Positions 9,077 through 19,078 of a stretch of 64,000 nt of DNA are shown piece after piece. The stretch lies in IMG/VR virus record IMGVR_UViG_3300027759_000046, positions 189,138-253,137 of that record; one strand, written 5' to 3'. The position numbers were made by a program, and so were the translations under genes. The notes beneath the pieces are model-generated. The model saw only the letters and a program-made list of their open reading frames with translations, made no database searches and was not told where the DNA came from. Every line of letters begins with the position of its first letter. Within the stretch, counting starts at the first letter, position 1.

Positions 9077-10037
9077 TATAATCCCCGTATTTTTGGCGAG
9101 GTTGTACCTCTATAGTATATTTAACGTCGAGGTCGAGCAATTGTTTGAGGCACTGAACAAAATCTGAAGTATGTAGGCTTAGTACCGAATTATAATCATC
9201 ATCTCGATATCCGCCAAAGAGGGCGCATGAAACAGGCAGAGGTCTTTCAAGTTTTCCGTCCATTTTCTTTACCCAACTCCAGAAAAATTCTGAACATTTT
9301 GTCCACCAATATGTTGAGCACTGATGCCCTAATTGATCGTCAGCATGTGAATCGGCGCCGTGACACCAAACGACATAGTCAATTTTACCGGACAAGATCG
9401 CTGATTCTAATTTACCTTCAACAAAGGTTACAAGATCCTCATAATATTTTTGATCTGAGAAACTTGGGTTAAAGTTGAATCCAACTGGCACCGCTGAATT
9501 TAGATCAGGCTGAAACACCCGAGTGTCTTCAATTGAATTACCGAAGTGGCCGTCTAAGTCTAGATAACAGCCGACCTTTCCAAGCTCTCTCCAAATCTTA
9601 ACTGATGCAATTGCCTGTCCACTAAATGTACAGAATCCACTGCCTCCGTCTGGTCGAGCATGGTGGAATCCGCTAGTTGGGCTAAAGCTAACTTCACCAG
9701 GATTTTGGATGGAATTTCGGATTGCTGAATAGATTGACGCATTAGTATAACGAACGGACTCTGCGAATTGCTGATTCCAACTCAAGCCGTTTGATGACGA
9801 TTTTGGTCCGCCCTTAAAAAAGTCTTTGACGTAATTTTTAGTGTGTGCAACCAAAAAGTCAGAATTACCGAATCTGTCGAATGCTTTAGTTATTTCAAAA
9901 TGATCAAGTAGACCCTTCTTGGCCAGATACTCGATCAAGAGCTTAGGTTTTAGAGGGGACTTACTGTAGTTAGAGTATGAGTCCTTCTCTAGTACCTGCT
10001 TTGGATTGTAAAATGTTTTTATCTTTAGGTGTCTCAT
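9027..10037 (-). CDS. histone deacetylase-family (Zn-dependent, AcuC/HDAC) protein
   Basis: GFHHA..GSGFC, DLDGHFGN, GADSHADDQLG and GGY catalytic motifs; ATG at 10037 preferred. Confidence 0.92.
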   Translation of the reverse strand: MRHLKIKTFYNPKQVLEKDSYSNYSKSPLKPKLLIEYLAKKGLLDHFEITKAFDRFGNSDFLVAHTKNYVKDFFKGGPKSSSNGLSWNQQFAESVRYTNASIYSAIRNSIQNPGEVSFSPTSGFHHARPDGGSGFCTFSGQAIASVKIWRELGKVGCYLDLDGHFGNSIEDTRVFQPDLNSAVPVGFNFNPSFSDQKYYEDLVTFVEGKLESAILSGKIDYVVWCHGADSHADDQLGHQCSTYWWTKCSEFFWSWVKKMDGKLERPLPVSCALFGGYRDDDYNSVLSLHTSDFVQCLKQLLDLDVKYTIEVQPRQKYGDYSVSRSRQWTRRNAQEV

Positions 10038-10053
10038 ACTCTTAATAATATAC

Positions 10054-10081
10054 AAAAAAAGTCGACCAAATGGCCGACTTT
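10054..10081 (-). terminator. intrinsic terminator
   Basis: minus strand AGTCGGCC-ATTT-GGTCGACT followed by a T-run. Confidence 0.8.
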
Positions 10082-10101
10082 ATAGTAAGAGTGCGCAAGC
10101 T

Positions 10102-10821
10102 TTATTTCTTTAGAAAAATATTATCTAGGTCGTCTAACCAATCCCAAACATGGGAGATTTCGACTGGACCGTCTTCGACTGGCACCTTTGCGCTGTTTTC
10201 TGAAACAGTTTGCGTTATTTGAAGAGTGATTGCGACTTGTGATAAAATAGTTGAAATAATTTCAGAGAATGTCCAGTTAGTTACTCCTTCAAAATAGACT
10301 TCCTCAGTATGTGGGTCAACGTATTCTAACCAGTCATCTGCGACCAGCGGCAAATTACACCAGTCCTGAAAATTTATTGACGCGAGCGGATGCAAAATAT
10401 CTGTGTCCGGATCGTCCTCATTGATTATTTGCAAGCCCATTAGCACGTTATGGACAGTTATAAAGTTAATGAGGTCTTCGTCTTCTTTTATTTTGCTTAC
10501 TTGAGCAGCCTTTAGTAGGAATACTTGGTTTGCATCTATTTTTTTAGCTGAAATTGAAGATTGATCGGCTGACATGAAAATTTCGTCAAGGCTAACTCCG
10601 CTCAGGCTCTGCACAAAATACAGCTTAATTATGTCTGAATACGGTTTTAGGAGGTTTAGTACAGAGTGAACTGACAAACCTTCTTCAATTTCAACTGCGT
10701 AACTCATGAACCATGTTATAGGTAGAGAAGCGTCCGCAATATTCTTTTTAATCCAGTCTTCAGAAGATTCATCCCAGAATGAAAAGAAGAGCCCGTCCTT
10801 ATTGATTGATACTTTGTGCAT
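10102..10821 (-). CDS. hypothetical protein
   Basis: 239-aa ORF with upstream promoter motifs. Confidence 0.6.
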   Translation of the reverse strand: MHKVSINKDGLFFSFWDESSEDWIKKNIADASLPITWFMSYAVEIEEGLSVHSVLNLLKPYSDIIKLYFVQSLSGVSLDEIFMSADQSSISAKKIDANQVFLLKAAQVSKIKEDEDLINFITVHNVLMGLQIINEDDPDTDILHPLASINFQDWCNLPLVADDWLEYVDPHTEEVYFEGVTNWTFSEIISTILSQVAITLQITQTVSENSAKVPVEDGPVEISHVWDWLDDLDNIFLKK

Positions 10822-10902
10822 ATTAGTTATTTATCGTTTAGTTATTTTACTCCATTTACTGGTACGGATTTCGCGAATAAATAACTAAAAGAATCAAACT
10901 TA

Positions 10903-12888
10903 ATGATTAATTCATTTATTCAAATGGTTAACGAATCAGCCGATTTAGAACTAGGCCAAGAAGGTCTTGTTGATGAGATGGGAGTTAAACGCCCAGAAAG
11001 TTTAACAGGCAGTGAAATGGGAACAATTCGTCAATCTTCAATTCAACACAGGCAAAATCAGACAAACGTTCCACGTAAAAAGAACTATCACGAATTGGTC
11101 GTGGAGCTAGTTGACGATTTAAAGCGTATGCCTAGAACAGAGATCACAATGGAGAAACCAGCAAATTCTCGATACTATTATCCAAAGTTACCGGCTGCTA
11201 TTGTGCAAAAAATGCGCGAAGCCTATGCACTAAACTCTAGATCATTTGTCCAAGATATTGGAAATTGGAGAGACATTAGTCCAAACGATTCAGACGCAAT
11301 CTATTTTAAGATTGAAGCACCTAGTGATCATCAACGAAGCCATTTTCCAAACGGCGGAATTCCGCCAATGCTTAGAGGAACTGGACTAGGTTACAAATTA
11401 TATAGAGCCCTACTTAAAACAGCCGGATATCTTTCTTCAAACCGTTCTGGATCAAATGAAAAAGATAAAGCTTGGGGTTCTCTACTTGCTCAAAAAACAA
11501 ATCCTGACGGAACTTTGTCAGTAGATGACGCTCACGCAATTATTGGTAAGTCCAATTGGATGGCACTAGACAAGGGAATGTCTGACCGTGGGAAAATAGA
11601 TGCAGCTGTCAGTTTCATAACTAACACAGTCGGAGTTCAACGAACTCAGCCCGATAAATTTGATATGGATGATGAGCTATTGTCAATTCTACCGGACGAT
11701 TTTCTGGTTAAATTGGACCCAGCTTATTTGCAATCACTAGTTGATGATGGTCGTATTACTCAGGAAAAATACAGACAAATTGAAGATTCAAGAAGTGAAG
11801 CTGACCGTCGTGAAAGAGAACGTCAAGCTCAAGCTGAAATTGAAGCACGCGAACGTCGTGCTAGAGAAGAGGCTGAGACTCGTCGTCGTTTAGCTAGTCG
11901 AATCCAACAGTTTGGTGCAGACCCAGACGCTGAATGGAGTGTTGGCGATTATATCGTAGTTAAGTCTTACCTATTTGACGCTTCATATAACGGTTTACCT
12001 ATTCGTCGAGTGGTTTCACAAAACGGCGGTACTTATATAGCTGTTAAAATCTCAGATGCAATTAGAATTGATAATGGCGATATTACTCCAAATCAAGCAA
12101 ACGATAATCGATCAACATCTGACAAATCACAATGGGTTAAAGTAAACCTTGATCAAATCCCAGATCTAACGCGAGTTAATTTAACTGACGCTGAGCGTAC
12201 GTACCTTGAGGGTCAAATGGATCCCGAAACTGCGGCTAGAGCAAGAGCAGAACGTGAGGAAGCTGAACGCGAAAGACGCGAAGCTGAACGTAGAGAAAAC
12301 GAGGAACGTGCTAGAAATAGAGAAACATTCGGTTCTTTACCCGATAATGCTGGTGAATTAAAGACTTCTCAAACTGCGAGAAATAATGGCTCAATCAGAG
12401 AAGCTGATCTATTAAAGAAATTTAGAGATTCATATTTCACAGATAGAATGGAGATCATTGTAATGGGACCGCAACAGAGAGAAGCTCTAAGAAATTCATT
12501 TGGTGTTCCAGTATTCATTGCATGGACCGGTTCATCAAGACGTCCAATACCAGCGTCTCTTGATACAATAAATAATGATCCACAATCTGTTAAATTAACG
12601 AATGCTGTAACCGGCTTTACAATTGATGCACCGTTTACTGGTCTTGGCCTAATGGCATATCCATTAACTGAAGTAACAGTTGACGATAAAATGAGAGCTA
12701 GAGCAGGAACTCACTATTATATCTCTGGCCATAAGAATGCCTTTGGTATTCTCGCAAAGAGTGATTATGGTGCAGTTAATACATCTGCTCAGAAATTTAT
12801 CTACGTTAAAGCATACGGATACGGAGAACGTAGCGTATCAGTTAGATTAGATTTATTAAGAAAGATTGGAACTCCTACTGAGCTGTAA
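10903..12888 (+). CDS. leader-tagged multidomain protein with GNAT acetyltransferase-like motif
   Basis: MINSFIQMVNE; IPPMLRGTGLGYKLYRALL matches the GNAT acetyl-CoA motif R/QxxGxG; Glu/Arg-rich coiled-coil linkers. Confidence 0.6.
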   Translation: MINSFIQMVNESADLELGQEGLVDEMGVKRPESLTGSEMGTIRQSSIQHRQNQTNVPRKKNYHELVVELVDDLKRMPRTEITMEKPANSRYYYPKLPAAIVQKMREAYALNSRSFVQDIGNWRDISPNDSDAIYFKIEAPSDHQRSHFPNGGIPPMLRGTGLGYKLYRALLKTAGYLSSNRSGSNEKDKAWGSLLAQKTNPDGTLSVDDAHAIIGKSNWMALDKGMSDRGKIDAAVSFITNTVGVQRTQPDKFDMDDELLSILPDDFLVKLDPAYLQSLVDDGRITQEKYRQIEDSRSEADRRERERQAQAEIEARERRAREEAETRRRLASRIQQFGADPDAEWSVGDYIVVKSYLFDASYNGLPIRRVVSQNGGTYIAVKISDAIRIDNGDITPNQANDNRSTSDKSQWVKVNLDQIPDLTRVNLTDAERTYLEGQMDPETAARARAEREEAERERREAERRENEERARNRETFGSLPDNAGELKTSQTARNNGSIREADLLKKFRDSYFTDRMEIIVMGPQQREALRNSFGVPVFIAWTGSSRRPIPASLDTINNDPQSVKLTNAVTGFTIDAPFTGLGLMAYPLTEVTVDDKMRARAGTHYYISGHKNAFGILAKSDYGAVNTSAQKFIYVKAYGYGERSVSVRLDLLRKIGTPTEL

Positions 12889-13627
12889 CTGGATGCATTT
12901 CGTAGAATCTAGCAAGACGCTCACGAAATTTAAAATAGTATTCTTTCATTTCGCTAGCTGACATTGTAAAATGCTGAGGCTTATCGTCGACTTCATTTGA
13001 AATCCAGATCTGACATCTTGTAGTTTTAATCTGCATTCTATCCCATACTGCAACTGAATATGCGGCAACTTGGTGTTTATAGTCTTCGATCCATTTCTCG
13101 TCTTTTGGTTTACGAGCCGTTTTGAAATCGACGATCGCATAATCGTCCGTTATTAATTGTGAAACGTTATCGACTGTTCCAGCGTATCCGCCGTCTCTTG
13201 GTGTCCATAAGAATCTTTCTTGTGCAATAACCTTTTTAATTTCCTCAAATGACTTTGACTTAATAAAATTGTAGAATAAGGTTCCACCGACTATTTTTGC
13301 ACGATTGTCAAACTTCTCTATCTCATCGTCTAACCTAGATAAGGATAGAGTTTCTTCTAATCGGTCCTTTGAGCTTAATGATGCTGGAAGATTAAGGTAA
13401 ATTTCACAGAGTCTGTGCATTACTGTTCCACGATTAGCTGCATCCTTGCCAATTTGGTCTGCTTTCTGATGGCCAACTCGGTCTCTCCATGCGTTTAGAC
13501 CTGTCTTATCTGAAGTCTCTCCGAGGACAGTAGTCACACTCGGAAAGGTTCCAATTATATGAGTATCATTACTTACTTGGTAATACCTGAAGCCATTGAT
13601 CTCAACTCTCTTTATTTTCTCGTTCAT
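12875..13627 (-). CDS. PD-(D/E)XK exonuclease (T4-like phage exonuclease)
   Basis: PSVTTVL, RGTVMH, YAGTVD, IVDFKT and QVAAY motifs. Confidence 0.9.
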   Translation of the reverse strand: MNEKIKRVEINGFRYYQVSNDTHIIGTFPSVTTVLGETSDKTGLNAWRDRVGHQKADQIGKDAANRGTVMHRLCEIYLNLPASLSSKDRLEETLSLSRLDDEIEKFDNRAKIVGGTLFYNFIKSKSFEEIKKVIAQERFLWTPRDGGYAGTVDNVSQLITDDYAIVDFKTARKPKDEKWIEDYKHQVAAYSVAVWDRMQIKTTRCQIWISNEVDDKPQHFTMSASEMKEYYFKFRERLARFYEMHPVTAQ

Positions 13628-13681
13628 TTGGATAAATAATTAAACTAGTATCTAGTACATAAAATACTCGTAAAGTTTAAC

Positions 13682-14056
13682 ATGCTTAAGAAATTTGATG
13701 AATTTAATGAAACCTTGAATGAGGGTTTTTGGGACTGGTTGACAGGCAAGTCTGAAAAGGGAGAAAAGAAGGACAAAGTGACCAGTGCTAAAGAGGGTCC
13801 AATTGATGCAAAGGTAGCAGAATATTATAAAACGCTACAGGATTTTGCTGATGCTGGCAAATCTATTGAAGTTCAGTCACTTGGCAATATGTCTTATTCT
13901 AAAATGGTTGAAGATATTCAACTTGCGTTGGAATTCCTAGGTTATAAACTTGAAAAATACGGAGTTGATGGATACTTTGGCCCAGAGACTTCTGCTGCCA
14001 TTGTTAAATTCAATCAAGATACCTTAAATAAAATACCAGATTCTCAACATGATTAA
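13682..14056 (+). CDS. peptidoglycan-binding domain protein, leader-tagged
   Basis: MLKKFDEFNETLNE; IQLALEFLGY...GVDGYFGPETSAAIVKFN. Confidence 0.8.
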   Translation: MLKKFDEFNETLNEGFWDWLTGKSEKGEKKDKVTSAKEGPIDAKVAEYYKTLQDFADAGKSIEVQSLGNMSYSKMVEDIQLALEFLGYKLEKYGVDGYFGPETSAAIVKFNQDTLNKIPDSQHD

Positions 14057-15299
14057 AGGATTCGATCAATTTACTGGAAAGATTAATGAAGCTTCAAACG
14101 GTCAGCTAAATGATGCTGACCTAGTTCCAATTCAGCCACTCGGTAAGAGCGGCGGAAACCATAAATTAAATTCACAAGCAGCAAAAGCATACGAAGAAAT
14201 GAAGAAGGCTGCTGAGGCAGACGGTGTAACTTGGGGTATTACTGACTCGTATCGAGATTATGAAGCCCAAGTTGATGTTGCTGCACGTAAAGGTCTTTAC
14301 AAAAATGGAGGATTGGCGGCAGTTCCTGGAACATCAAATCACGGATGGGGTAGTGCTCTAGATCTTGACCTAAATTCTGAAGCTCAAGAATGGTTAAAGA
14401 AGAACGCTGAAAAATTTGGATTCACAAATATTCCAAGAGAACCTTGGCATTGGGAACATAAAGCCAGTGTTGAGCTAGCAAAGACTGGAAAAGAAGGCAC
14501 TGGATCTTCAGCTAAAGTCGGATCAGTGCTAATTGATTCAGATCTAATTAAGAGACTGATTGCAAAATTAAAAGAGAAGAATTTCAGCCAAAAGGATCTA
14601 GACCAGTACATTGCTAAGTCTTCGTCAGGTAAAGGCGCAAACTTTAAAAGCGGTGAAAAGTTTCCTGCTGAAAATATGAAAGCCATTGAAAAAGCAATGG
14701 ATGATCATGGTATAACAAATGAATATGCTAGAAAGGCAATTCTTGGAGTTATTTCAAAAGAATCTCCAGGTTTAAAATCTGAAATAAGTTATTCTGGAAC
14801 AAGTGCTGCTCGAATTAGAGAAGTTTTCCCAAGTAAATTTGGTGATAAATCTGATTCTGAGATTGACGACATTAAGAAAGACGATGCTATGTTTTGGGAT
14901 GTAGTGTATGGCGGTAAATACGGAAACACTGAACCTGGAGACGGTTCAAAGTACCGAGGCCGTGGTTTTAATGGAATAACATTCAAATCAAATTACGAAA
15001 ACTTACAGAGAATTTACGACAGGTCTGGCGCTAAGGTTGGCAATATTGATATTGTTAAGAATCCTGAACTTCTTGAAAAACCTGAAGTTGCAGCCGAATT
15101 CGCTGTTCTATATTTCATGGATACTTTTAAACGTCACGGTAAGGATGTGAATTCCTACACTGATTTAGAGTCAGCCGTTACTGATTACGTTCAAGCAAAT
15201 GCAGGCTGGGGAACTTCTTTAGCTGGTGCAGTCACATCAAAGGGTTTACAAAAGGCAATGGACTTTGCGAAATCATTAGATACAGACCAAATTGCTTAA
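14049..15299 (+). CDS. M15B (VanY-like) peptidase fused to GH19-like glycoside hydrolase
   Basis: SYR..EAQ, PGTSNHGWGSALD and EPWHWE; GNTEPGDGSKYRGRGFNGITFKSNY; MIKGFDQF..INE leader. Confidence 0.88.
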   Translation: MIKGFDQFTGKINEASNGQLNDADLVPIQPLGKSGGNHKLNSQAAKAYEEMKKAAEADGVTWGITDSYRDYEAQVDVAARKGLYKNGGLAAVPGTSNHGWGSALDLDLNSEAQEWLKKNAEKFGFTNIPREPWHWEHKASVELAKTGKEGTGSSAKVGSVLIDSDLIKRLIAKLKEKNFSQKDLDQYIAKSSSGKGANFKSGEKFPAENMKAIEKAMDDHGITNEYARKAILGVISKESPGLKSEISYSGTSAARIREVFPSKFGDKSDSEIDDIKKDDAMFWDVVYGGKYGNTEPGDGSKYRGRGFNGITFKSNYENLQRIYDRSGAKVGNIDIVKNPELLEKPEVAAEFAVLYFMDTFKRHGKDVNSYTDLESAVTDYVQANAGWGTSLAGAVTSKGLQKAMDFAKSLDTDQIA

Positions 15300-15301
15300 C
15301 T

Positions 15302-16219
15302 ATGAAACACCTACTTGAATATAAAATATTTGAATCAGCTGAGAGGATTATTGATGCAACGGCTGGCGCTGGAACAGATGAGGAATCTCTGGTGCAAGCG
15401 ATTGCTGGCATTCAAACGCCTGAAGACCTATCTAAAATTGATGCAGAACTTGCTTCAAACCTAAATTCTGAATATAAAAGCGTAAAAGATGCAATAGCTG
15501 GAGAGCTTGGAGTTTTTGATACAGTTTACAAGGACGCAATTGCTCAAAAGTTTAGTCAGTTAGGTTTGCCTAACTACTTAGAAGACGGAATAATTCCAGT
15601 TAAATCAGATAAAGTAGAAAAGACTCAAATTGAAAAACCTATCAAATCTGCCATGGCTGAAACACAAACTCTTTCTCAAGGAAAAATCAATATTAATTCA
15701 AATAAATCTGCTCCGTTAATTGTTGTATTCGGTGGAATTGATGTGGGTGGACGATCGAGTGGTTCTTATATGTATGACTATTTTAAAGAGGCTACTTTAT
15801 CGAAAGCGACAACATTTATTGCAAATTCTTCAAAAATAGACGGCTCTAAAGCCTGGTCTGAAATATCTGGTTTAAACTTAACTCCATCTAAAAAGATTCT
15901 CTACCTATTCTCTGGTGGATATTTACCTGGGATGAGCTTGCTAAATAAGGTAGCTGCATCCGAGTGGGCTGCAATTTATCTAGTTGATATTTGGATAGGT
16001 CAAAACTCAAATACTGAGAATTTCTATACAAAACTCACAGCGGACTTTCCTGACAAAGTAAAATACTACTATACTGGCGGAGAGAATTCAGCAGGTGGAT
16101 CCAATAACCTAAAGGCAAAGAAGGAAATGATTGACTCTGTTAGCTATTCAAAGGGTGCAGGCTCTCACATGGGAGCAAATGATATTGCGGTAAACGACCT
16201 TAATGGAGATATCTCCTAG
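15302..16219 (+). CDS. annexin-like repeat fused to alpha/beta-hydrolase-like domain
   Basis: GAGTDEESLVQAI...AIAGELG annexin-like; VVFGG and LFSGG hydrolase-like; MKHLLEYKIFE leader. Confidence 0.5.
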   Translation: MKHLLEYKIFESAERIIDATAGAGTDEESLVQAIAGIQTPEDLSKIDAELASNLNSEYKSVKDAIAGELGVFDTVYKDAIAQKFSQLGLPNYLEDGIIPVKSDKVEKTQIEKPIKSAMAETQTLSQGKININSNKSAPLIVVFGGIDVGGRSSGSYMYDYFKEATLSKATTFIANSSKIDGSKAWSEISGLNLTPSKKILYLFSGGYLPGMSLLNKVAASEWAAIYLVDIWIGQNSNTENFYTKLTADFPDKVKYYYTGGENSAGGSNNLKAKKEMIDSVSYSKGAGSHMGANDIAVNDLNGDIS

Positions 16220-16842
16220 TCTTCTTTAGTTGATTTAGTATTTCCGAACTTAGATAAGAATATGTCGGCAGTCTTCTCAAGAACACTATTGAATGCTGTG
16301 TCAGATTCACGAATTGATTTAAAATAGTCAACGAAACCTACCATATCTGCAATTTTATAAGTATTAATCTTGACCATATCAGATGAATTTCCGTCAATTG
16401 AGACAAATGAATCTCCTGTTACTTTTAAGACAATACCAGTATGACCTTTTCCAGATGAAGCGCCGCCTCGTGACTTAATAAAGACTTGACCCGGCTGAAC
16501 CTTTGAGGGATCGCGTGAGTCTATCTTATTTTCAGCAGGTGCAGAATTCCAATGAGACATAACTGCTGCAGTTTTAGGTAGAGGATTTTCAATACTAAGT
16601 TTTGAACAAAGCTCATCGAACATTGCATAAACGAATGCCATGCACCATGGATTACCTGCGCCTAGTCCAAGCTTACCGAGCATACCCTTAACCATTGACC
16701 CGTCATTATTTCCTTCTTCTTTTTTCCCAACGTAATCTGCTAACACATGACCAAATGTTTCGGCTGCATTCGTTGCAGTATCAGGTTTAATCGCTAGTTC
16801 AGCTTCAGTTATGAATTGATTAAAATCTTTAATAAGTTTCAT
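16216..16842 (-). CDS. CHAP-domain amidase/peptidase, leader-tagged
   Basis: PWCMAFV, GHTGIV and IDGNS motifs; MKLIKDFNQFITE. Confidence 0.9.
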   Translation of the reverse strand: MKLIKDFNQFITEAELAIKPDTATNAAETFGHVLADYVGKKEEGNNDGSMVKGMLGKLGLGAGNPWCMAFVYAMFDELCSKLSIENPLPKTAAVMSHWNSAPAENKIDSRDPSKVQPGQVFIKSRGGASSGKGHTGIVLKVTGDSFVSIDGNSSDMVKINTYKIADMVGFVDYFKSIRESDTAFNSVLEKTADIFLSKFGNTKSTKED

Positions 16843-16861
16843 TCTGGATAAATTCTTTGAA

Positions 16862-17089
16862 TTATTTATCTAGGATAACCATATCCTTATAGAACATAAT
16901 TCCAAAGTCCCAGATTAAAAATGTGAATCCTATTACAAATAGACCGGTGTGTACTCCCTGTTCAATAAACCAGCCGTATGGATTGTAACAGAAAGTCAAA
17001 TTTGGGATTGGGCAAAATTGCTTGAAGTAGCCCTTTTCCCAAGTTTTGTGGCAATAAGGTTTTGCCGTAAATTTTAGTTTTGCTTCCAT
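16862..17089 (-). CDS. small membrane protein
   Basis: 75-aa ORF with hydrophobic C-terminus, directly after thyA. Confidence 0.5.
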   Translation of the reverse strand: MEAKLKFTAKPYCHKTWEKGYFKQFCPIPNLTFCYNPYGWFIEQGVHTGLFVIGFTFLIWDFGIMFYKDMVILDK

Positions 17090-17091
17090 AT

Positions 17092-18234
17092 TTAGTTGCT
17101 TAGTGGTGCTTTTATTGCTGGGTGTGATTGATAGTTTTCTAATATAATATCATTTATTGAACTACAGTGAATGCCGTCTCTAACATGGACAGTTGGTAAT
17201 TTAAAAGGCTCTCGTGTACGATATGGTATTTTGTATGCATCATAATATTCGCTTAATCCTCCACCGAACGGAACTTGCTCATCAACTGCTGTTTGATAAA
17301 AATCTCCCATTGCAGTCTTTAACATTTCGTGACGTTCGTCTGGTGAGTAGCTTCTTCCGATTTGCTCTTCAACTGCATCCACGTGATTTAAGTAAAGGTG
17401 AACATCTCCTAGGTTTCCAATCAATTGATCAGGTATCATGTTGACTTCGTCAGCTAGCATAGTTAATAGTAAGCCATAAGATGCTATGTTGAATGGTAGC
17501 CCTAAGAACGTATCTACTGAACGTTGATTCCACATCAAAGAGATTGCTCTGGTTGGTATGTTTGAACCATCTAACATTTGATGAGTATATGGTGCAAAAG
17601 TACGAGCAATACCATCTCTTTTCTTTTTATATTCTGTTCTTTCTTCCAAACTCAACTCTCTTGTATAAACTTGGAATCCATAGTGACAAGGTGGAAGTAC
17701 CATCTGGTCCAATTCACCTACATTCCAAGCATTAACCATTAAACGTCTTGAGTCTGGGTTTGTTTTAAGGTCTTGTATTAGATTTTTGATTTGGTCTACT
17801 CCGCCATCAAATATAGCATTCCAATTCCTCCATTGTCTACCATAAATTGGACCCAACTCACCCCACTTCTTAGCAAACTCTTCATCCTTCATTGACTCGA
17901 CGAAAGCTTCTTCCTTTGTTACAAAAGGTCCCCAATCGATCACACCATTATGCTTTTCGTAATTCTTAATAGCATCACCATTCCAGATATGACAGTTATT
18001 ATCAATTAGGTACTTGATATTAGTATCACCACGTAAGAACCATAACAGCTCAGTCACAACAGATTTGAATGGCATCTTCTTAGTAGTAAGAAGAGGAAAT
18101 CCTTCTTGCATATTATGACGAATTGTATAGCCGAAGATTGAACGCGTTCCTGTGCCAGTTCGATCCTCCTTTACTACACCATATTCATTTATTGCATGAA
18201 GTAGATCTATGTACTGTTTATCTAAGTTATTCAT
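17092..18234 (-). CDS. thyA: thymidylate synthase
   Basis: DRTGTG, ELLWFL, GPIYG.QWR, LPPCH, QRSVD.FLGLPFN and GDVHLY. Confidence 0.97.
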   Translation of the reverse strand: MNNLDKQYIDLLHAINEYGVVKEDRTGTGTRSIFGYTIRHNMQEGFPLLTTKKMPFKSVVTELLWFLRGDTNIKYLIDNNCHIWNGDAIKNYEKHNGVIDWGPFVTKEEAFVESMKDEEFAKKWGELGPIYGRQWRNWNAIFDGGVDQIKNLIQDLKTNPDSRRLMVNAWNVGELDQMVLPPCHYGFQVYTRELSLEERTEYKKKRDGIARTFAPYTHQMLDGSNIPTRAISLMWNQRSVDTFLGLPFNIASYGLLLTMLADEVNMIPDQLIGNLGDVHLYLNHVDAVEEQIGRSYSPDERHEMLKTAMGDFYQTAVDEQVPFGGGLSEYYDAYKIPYRTREPFKLPTVHVRDGIHCSSINDIILENYQSHPAIKAPLSN

Positions 18235-18703
18235 TTATTAACTCTTTTAATCTTTTAATTTCAGCAATCACATCATCGCCTAATTCAATTTTAGACATCA
18301 TGGTGAGGTCTGCTACTTGTCCCATAAGTACTTCAATTAATTGAGTTTTTGCATCGTCCTTCGAGGTTAAGGCTTCTTGGGAAGGCCATATTTGAGAACC
18401 GTTTAAGCTGATTGACTTTACTGGATTCGCTGGCGGAGTTCCGTCTAATGCTTTTTCGCCAACGTTTTTTAGAGCCTCTCCGCTCATACATGCTGATTCA
18501 AATCTTAATTTAACAAAGGTTGAATTGGGAGCAGTTGAGATTGAATTAGGTCTGCAATTTGGCGAAAACTTAGTAATCATAGTGTTTACAATCTTAGTCG
18601 TTTGTGAAATACTAAGAGGATTTGAGTAAACAATAAAGTACTCATTGATTTCTGCTGAATTTCGATTAAGTAATCGATTTACGAAAGTTATTAGTTTTTT
18701 CAT
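18227..18703 (-). CDS. hypothetical protein
   Basis: ORF in a tightly packed operon. Confidence 0.55.
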   Translation of the reverse strand: MKKLITFVNRLLNRNSAEINEYFIVYSNPLSISQTTKIVNTMITKFSPNCRPNSISTAPNSTFVKLRFESACMSGEALKNVGEKALDGTPPANPVKSISLNGSQIWPSQEALTSKDDAKTQLIEVLMGQVADLTMMSKIELGDDVIAEIKRLKELINE

Positions 18704-18706
18704 AGG

Positions 18707-19078
18707 TTATTCTTCTTCTGTTTTGTTTAATAATTGATTATCTGTAATTGCACCAGCAGTCATTAGCAATTTAAGTAGGGCTTCAAGGTCAGTAAAGTGC
18801 ATGCTAATTTGCTCCCTTCTATCCTTTCGTTCGATTGTGATATCCCAACCTTCTCCGTTGGCCCATTCAGTAACCTCGTAAAAATCGCCTTTCTTGCTCC
18901 AAGTGTCATCTTCATTTACGAATAGCTCCCATGACTTTCTCTGATTACTTCCAATTTTGTATTCTCCCAAAAATGAAGGTTTGAAATTATCGCAAATCGG
19001 ATCGGCATCCTGTTTTAAGTCTTCAGCCTCAAGCTGAAGTCTTTCAATCTCTTTGGTTATTTGTGTTAATCTATCCAT
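18707..19078 (-). CDS. hypothetical phage protein
   Basis: EVTEWANGEGWDI segment; operon context. Confidence 0.6.
   Translation of the reverse strand: MDRLTQITKEIERLQLEAEDLKQDADPICDNFKPSFLGEYKIGSNQRKSWELFVNEDDTWSKKGDFYEVTEWANGEGWDITIERKDRREQISMHFTDLEALLKLLMTAGAITDNQLLNKTEEE

Noticed and set aside
12875-13627. Cas4 / CRISPR system
   Set aside because: This PD-(D/E)XK nuclease lacks the Cas4 Fe-S cysteines. No repeat-spacer array or other cas gene was seen in the window.
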